The notes beneath the pieces are model-generated. The model made no database searches. It was not told the DNA's origin and was given only the letters and a program-made list of their open reading frames with translations. Positions 13,656 through 18,356 of a stretch of 18,356 nt of DNA are shown here, one piece after another. The translations under genes and the position numbers were made by a program. Origin of the DNA: Bongovirus reindeer (lineage: Duplodnaviria > Heunggongvirae > Uroviricota > Caudoviricetes > Vilmaviridae); the IMG/VR virus record IMGVR_UViG_2974717242_000001, positions 1 to 18,356 of that record; one strand, given 5' to 3'. Position 1 is the stretch's first letter; every line of letters begins with the position of its first letter.

Positions 13656-13979
13656 GTGGCTACTCGAAGCACCAAGGCAACCAACACTGAGGCGGTCGAG
13701 GAGGAGGTGGACGAGGTTTGGGCGAAGCTCCAGACTGAGAACCACATTCCGCCGCTGAAGTTCAAGAACCTCGTCTTCCATGAGCCAACGAAGGCTCAGA
13801 TCGACGCTTGGCGTTCGGCCAAGACTGTCGAGGAGGGTGAGCGTGCCCTTTTCGGCGATCTGTATGACGCCGTCCATGAACTGTTCGATCCGCTGCCCCA
13901 GCACATTTGGGAGAACTTCAACGTTCTGTACCTGAAGCACATGTTTGGGACTGCGGGGGATGACGCCCTAAAAGGCTGA
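13656..13979 (+). CDS. Tail assembly chaperone, short form (lambda gpG-like, 107 aa)
   Basis: Lies between the major tail and tape measure genes; AAGGAG SD; overlapping downstream ORF in the -1 frame. Confidence 0.88.
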   Translation: MATRSTKATNTEAVEEEVDEVWAKLQTENHIPPLKFKNLVFHEPTKAQIDAWRSAKTVEEGERALFGDLYDAVHELFDPLPQHIWENFNVLYLKHMFGTAGDDALKG

Positions 13980-14473
13980 TTCGGATCGTTGACCGTTACT
14001 GGTCGGCGATCTGCTGGGATTGCCAGCACATTCTGCATTTCTCTGCACACGAGTACTTCCAGTGGGAGCACGTCGGCACTAAGGCCGACGGCTCCGCCTG
14101 GTGGCAGCGTAAGCGGCCGATGGAGGAACTACTCGGATTCTTCGAGACTCTGATGAACATTCCAGGGTCTCTCACCAACGAAGCTGTCCTACTCGACCCA
14201 GAAACTATTGAATGGATGGGGTCTTCGAAGGACTCTGACGATGGTTCGAAGCGTCCCCGCATTTTTGGTCATACGGAGTTGATTTCGTTGATCAAGACGG
14301 GGATCTATGTGGCGTCCGGACAACAGCTTCCGCGTCCCGTCATTCCTGGTTTGGAGTTGCGCACTCAGCGCAAGGTTCTGCGTATCCAGAACTCGGTTGA
14401 TGCTGCGCAGGCTCGTGCTCGGGCCCTTGCGGAGAAGCGGGCGAAGAAGTCGAAGAAGACAGCTAAGGATTAA
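13656..14473 (+). CDS. Tail assembly chaperone, long form (gpGT-like, about 272 aa) made by a -1 frameshift near 13970-13973
   Basis: The -1 frame is open from 13964 to 14473 and reads KRLIRIVDRYWSAICWDCQHIL..., joining the track ORF 14120-14473. This is the lambda G/GT paradigm. Confidence 0.82.
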
Positions 14474-14475
14474 CT

Positions 14476-17400
14476 ATGGCCAAGGCCCTTGTGGGCGAGG
14501 CTGCGATCCGTATTGTCCCCACTCTGCGGGGATTTAAGCCTGAGGCGGATCGTCGTCTCAAGGCGATGACGTTCGACCCGGTTGAAGTGCAGATTGATCC
14601 TGCCTTCAAGCGGGCGGACGCTGAGATGAAGGCGTGGCGCGCTAAGCAGCGTCTGGACGCCATCAATGTTCCGGTGAAGGCCGACTTTTCGGAGAGTCGT
14701 GCGAGTTTCGCGGCGTTTCGCCGTGAGCTGACCACCGTTGAGCACATTTTCAAGCGGTCGGCGCTGCAGCGGGCTCTGCGCCTGAATGTCCGCATCATTG
14801 GTCTCGACGCTCTGCCTGCTTTGGCGTATGCGGCTGGTAGTGCTGCGACTGGCGTCGATGGTCTCGCTAAGTCCCTGTTGGCTCTGCCTGGTTTGGCTGG
14901 CGGCGCTTTGGCGTCGGTCGGCGCTTTGGCTGTGGGCCTGCGGGGCATTGGTGATGCTTTCCGCGCTTACAGTGATCAGCAGAAGAACGCTGCCCAGTCG
15001 GCGCGTGATATTGAGGCTGCGAATCGCGATATTCAGCGTTCGTATCGTGATTACCGTTCGGCGGTTCGTGACACGGTTCGCGAGATCGAGGATCTGAATG
15101 CGGAGAATCGCCGTTCGAGCCTGAACATTGCTGATGCGGTGCTGTCGGTGCAGGAGGCTGCCGACAAGCTGCGTCAGGGTGGCCAGAAGTCGTTGAATGA
15201 GCTGCGTCGTGACCAGCTCGATTTGGCGATGTCGATTGAGCATCTGCAGGATGTGCAGACACGCGCGAACCGCACGATGCAGGACACTGCTGAGGCGAAC
15301 GCGAAGGGTGTGTCGGGCGCTGACCGTGTGGTGGATGCGCTGGATCGTATCGCTGAGGCTACTGATCAGCTGAATCAGAAGCAGGGCAAGGGGAATGAGT
15401 TCGCCGAGAAGTTGGCGGCGTTGGCCCCTGAGGCCCGTAAGGCTGTTGCGGCTGTTACGGCTTTTGAGGGTCAGTGGAAGCAGCTGACCATGACGGTTCA
15501 GAACAACCTGTGGGATGGTCTGGATCGTTCGATTACCGATCTGGGGCAGAAGGCTTTGCCTGGCCTGCAGGTCGGTCTTTCCCGTGTGGCGTCGGGTCTT
15601 AACGCCAATTTCAAGACGGTTGCTGAGTCGCTGGGTGGGGATACCTCTCAGGGGCTGTTGGCGCGCATCTTCGGTAACACCGAGGGTGGTCTGAAGAACT
15701 TCTCGAAGGCGATGAACCCTCTGATTGAGGGTGTTTTGCGTTTGACGAAGGAGGGTTCGGACTATCTGCCGCGTCTGGGCGAGGCGGCTGAGAAGGTTTT
15801 TACTCGTTTCGACAACTGGACTGAGCGCATCTCGAAGGATGGCTCGCTGGACCGGTGGATCGACAATGGCCTGAAGACGCTGACCGATCTGGGTAACGCG
15901 GCGAAGAACATCATGTCGATTGTTTCGTCGGTGTCGGATGCGTTCCGTGAGGCTGGCGGCGATGAGACTGGTTTTGTCGGCACCCTGGAGAAGTTGACTC
16001 GTCGTTGGGCTGATTTCCTGAAGTCGACTGAGGGCAAGAACAAGCTGGCCGAGTACTTCCAGCGGGCCCGCGAGTTCATGGATGAGCTGCGTGACGCGTT
16101 CCGTGAGATGCGTCCGTTCATCAAGGATGTTGTTGAGACGGCCCGTGAGTGGTCGGTTGTTCTGCTGACGACTGTTGGCGCTTTGGCGAAGACGGCTGCG
16201 TGGATCGAGGAGAACACCGGTCTTCTGAAGGTGTTCTTGGGCACCTACCTGTTGGTGAAGACTGCGACGCCGATTGTCAATGGTCTCACTACGGCGTGGA
16301 AGAACTACAACACCGTCATTGAGAAGGCGGCTACTAGCACGAATTCGCCTGCGTGGCTCCGCAACAACTCGACTCTGCAGTGGACTCGCGGTCAGCTGCA
16401 GAAGGCTAAGGGCAATGTCGAGGAGCTGTCGAAGGTTCAGTCGAGCCTGAACACTTCGGTGGCGACGACTGGTTCGCGTTATGACGCGATGGGCAGCAAG
16501 ATCGATGCTGCGAAGAGCAAGGTTGTCCAGCTGCGCACCGAGATGGAGCGGATGGCGCGGACGCCGATGGCTCCTCCTGCTGTTGGGGCGGTTGAGGCTG
16601 CGGCTGGGGTTGTGTCTGCCCGTGCGAATGAGCGTGCTCGCCGTGAGGCTGCGGGTATTGGCCTGTCGTCGGTTCCTCTGCAGGATCGTTTGGCGTCGGC
16701 GAATGCGGCGTTCATGGTGCGTCAGGCTTCGCGTAATGCTTTGGGTACTGATCGTGCTGGCCGGGAGATGGCGAGTGCGCTTGCACTGCAGGCCCAGTGG
16801 GCCCGTGAGGCTGAGCGCAGCAGGCCGAGTGGTCCGACTACTCCGATCAACCCTGCGCTGTATGGCCGTCTGGCTGAGGTGCGTAACGCTCGGGCGCTGG
16901 AGGCGAAGTGGCGTGCGGACGCTGAGCGTGCTGGTATCGGCGGGCAGGGAACTCCTCTGTGGCAGCGCCTGCGTAACGCGGAGAACATTGTTCGGATCCG
17001 CGACCGGTTTAACCAGCCCATGCCGTATGTCAGCCGCCGCTATGACGCGGCGATGCAGGGTGCGAATCTGCCTGGCTGGCGTGGCGGTGCGCCTATTCAG
17101 CCGACTCAGACCCGTGCTGGGTTCTTCTGGCAGGGCCCTCTGCGTGACGCTCCTGCGGGCGAGACTATCCGCCGTTTCGGCAACGGTGAGTACAAGGCAC
17201 CTGCTCTTGGCCCGATGCAGGGACCGGCTCTGCCGCCGTACTTCACGAACAGGGGGCCGAGTGAGTACAAGGCTCCGAAGCTGGGCCCGATGGAGGGCCC
17301 TCAGCTCACTCCTGACTATGTCAATAAGTTGGCGCGTGAGGCGCGTGTTGCTGGGCCTCCGGTGTCGGCTTTGGGGCAGCAGGCTATCGCTGCGGGCGAT

Positions 17401-18356
17401 GGGATTAAGAAGGCCGGTGATTGGACCAAGGCCGCTTACCTGTCGACTGCGGATCTGAACCGTGAGGTTTCTTCGGCGAATCAGCGTTTCCCTGCGCTGG
17501 CTCAGGCTGTTTCGGGGGCCACTCCTCCGCTGAACGGCATGGTCGATACGGCGCGGGCGTCGGCCACCGAGCTGGCTGGTGTGAGCCGTGAGACTCGCAC
17601 GCTGGCGAACACTCGTTTCCCTGCGCTGCTTCAGGTTACGGACAAGGTTCCGCCTGCCCTGAATGGTGTGGTGTCGTCGGTTGGCACCGCTTCGTCGCAG
17701 ATCAACCTGATGGGCACCGAGGTTGGCACTGCTGCCAACAAGATTGGCAGCCCTGGTGGTGCTGGTATCGGCCTGTTGGGTCGCCTGGGTGCGCTGGCTG
17801 GCGCGTTGGCACCTGCTGCGGCGCTGACGGTTGGGTTGTTGGCTGTCACGGCGACGGTGGAGAAGCTGGGTGAGGCTCACCGTGCTGCGGCGTCGGCTGC
17901 TGATGCTCAGGCTGCTGCGCTGCGTGGCGTTGTCAGTGCGCTGGATCAGGTGACTGGTGCGGCCACGAACGAGGCTATTGACCGTACGGCTGGGAACTTC
18001 CAGCAGACGAATGTGCCTGGCGTTTTTGACGACAAGCATGGCGGTGCTGGTAACGCGATTGCGGCGATGCGCCGTCTGGGTATCGACACGTCGGCTGCGG
18101 TGTTGGCGGCGACTGATCCTACGCAGGATAGTCTGCTGGAGCAGATCCTTGGGCCGATCCGTCAGCAGGCCCAGGAGCAGATCGTCAACTCGGATGCGTT
18201 CAAGCGTGCCGAGAGTTACTTCAAGGGCACGGAGATCACTCCGGAGTTCCTGGTGCTGGCTGCGCTGGGTGACCAGGAGAAGGCGAACACCTTCAAGAAT
18301 GTCACCGAGCGGATCGAGCAGATCCAGGAGATGGCCGGTCAGCATATCGACCTGCC
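14476..18356 (+). CDS. Tape measure protein (>1290 aa, truncated by the window end)
   Basis: ATG at 14476 after an AAGGA SD; reads MAKALVGEAAIRIVPTLRGF... I found no stop to the window end. Ala/Gly-rich helical sequence with hydrophobic segments, following the chaperones. Confidence 0.95.
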   Translation, partial: MAKALVGEAAIRIVPTLRGFKPEADRRLKAMTFDPVEVQIDPAFKRADAEMKAWRAKQRLDAINVPVKADFSESRASFAAFRRELTTVEHIFKRSALQRALRLNVRIIGLDALPALAYAAGSAATGVDGLAKSLLALPGLAGGALASVGALAVGLRGIGDAFRAYSDQQKNAAQSARDIEAANRDIQRSYRDYRSAVRDTVREIEDLNAENRRSSLNIADAVLSVQEAADKLRQGGQKSLNELRRDQLDLAMSIEHLQDVQTRANRTMQDTAEANAKGVSGADRVVDALDRIAEATDQLNQKQGKGNEFAEKLAALAPEARKAVAAVTAFEGQWKQLTMTVQNNLWDGLDRSITDLGQKALPGLQVGLSRVASGLNANFKTVAESLGGDTSQGLLARIFGNTEGGLKNFSKAMNPLIEGVLRLTKEGSDYLPRLGEAAEKVFTRFDNWTERISKDGSLDRWIDNGLKTLTDLGNAAKNIMSIVSSVSDAFREAGGDETGFVGTLEKLTRRWADFLKSTEGKNKLAEYFQRAREFMDELRDAFREMRPFIKDVVETAREWSVVLLTTVGALAKTAAWIEENTGLLKVFLGTYLLVKTATPIVNGLTTAWKNYNTVIEKAATSTNSPAWLRNNSTLQWTRGQLQKAKGNVEELSKVQSSLNTSVATTGSRYDAMGSKIDAAKSKVVQLRTEMERMARTPMAPPAVGAVEAAAGVVSARANERARREAAGIGLSSVPLQDRLASANAAFMVRQASRNALGTDRAGREMASALALQAQWAREAERSRPSGPTTPINPALYGRLAEVRNARALEAKWRADAERAGIGGQGTPLWQRLRNAENIVRIRDRFNQPMPYVSRRYDAAMQGANLPGWRGGAPIQPTQTRAGFFWQGPLRDAPAGETIRRFGNGEYKAPALGPMQGPALPPYFTNRGPSEYKAPKLGPMEGPQLTPDYVNKLAREARVAGPPVSALGQQAIAAGDGIKKAGDWTKAAYLSTADLNREVSSANQRFPALAQAVSGATPPLNGMVDTARASATELAGVSRETRTLANTRFPALLQVTDKVPPALNGVVSSVGTASSQINLMGTEVGTAANKIGSPGGAGIGLLGRLGALAGALAPAAALTVGLLAVTATVEKLGEAHRAAASAADAQAAALRGVVSALDQVTGAATNEAIDRTAGNFQQTNVPGVFDDKHGGAGNAIAAMRRLGIDTSAAVLAATDPTQDSLLEQILGPIRQQAQEQIVNSDAFKRAESYFKGTEITPEFLVLAALGDQEKANTFKNVTERIEQIQEMAGQHIDL
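17186..17335 (+). repeat. Tandem 75-bp (25 aa) repeat within the tape measure gene
   Basis: GTGAGTACAAGGC occurs at 17186 and 17261, encoding GEYKAPALGPMQGPALPP and SEYKAPKLGPMEGPQLTP. Confidence 0.85.
17475..17670 (+). repeat. Tandem 129-bp (43 aa) repeat within the tape measure gene
   Basis: CGTTTCCCTGCGCTG occurs at 17485 and 17614, encoding ANQRFPALAQ...PPLNGMV and ANTRFPALLQ...PALNGVV. Confidence 0.85.

Noticed and set aside
13955-13961. GGGGGAT as the chaperone slippery heptamer
   Set aside because: A -1 shift here terminates immediately at TGA 13961-13963, so it cannot make the long chaperone.
16481-17458. 325-aa plus-strand Arg/Leu-rich ORF inside the tape measure gene
   Set aside because: Off-frame reading of GC-rich codons; low-complexity, with no RBS or motif.
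14470-18345. 1291-aa minus-strand ORF
   Set aside because: It is the codon-in-register antisense shadow of the tape measure gene. It stays open because the sense gene avoids TTA, CTA and TCA codons. The product has no protein-like features or RBS.
1-18356. tRNA genes, CRISPR array, IS element, integrase/att site
   Set aside because: Intergenic gaps are too short or lack cloverleaf and repeat-spacer structure; no transposase or recombinase ORF was seen.

Overview
Left part of a high-GC tailed (siphovirus-type) actinobacteriophage genome. The Lsr2 homologue, the gene order and the P22-coat-type capsid with a C-terminal Ig domain point to a mycobacteriophage. From memory it resembles the Cluster M (Bongo/Rey-like) layout; this was not verified by search. 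Bases 1-238 are non-coding and probably lie next to the genome end; they contain a strong leftward intrinsic terminator. Bases 239-3816 hold about 11 small, mostly translationally coupled leftward accessory genes: a secreted protein, DUF3846, a Cys/His Zn-binding protein, an Lsr2 homologue, a lipoprotein, a pair of diverged paralogues and several unknowns. One rightward Zn-finger (HNH-N-terminus-like) ORF interrupts them. After a divergent control region of about 100 bp, a canonical virion operon runs rightwards: unknown ORF, terS, terL, portal, MuF-like head protein, scaffold, major capsid, adaptor, stopper, neck protein, tail terminator, major tail, frameshifted tail assembly chaperones, and a tape measure gene that runs off the window. 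The tape measure gene is missing from the ORF track, which shows only its antisense shadow. Several ORF-track starts were re-called from RBS and overlap evidence. No tRNA, CRISPR array or IS element was seen. The structural module is ordinary. The best leads are the low-GC Lsr2 module (RGR-to-RGY DNA-binding loop, RBS inside a hairpin), the antisense Zn-finger ORF, the non-canonical chaperone frameshift site and a Pro/Arg-rich repeat segment in the tape measure protein.
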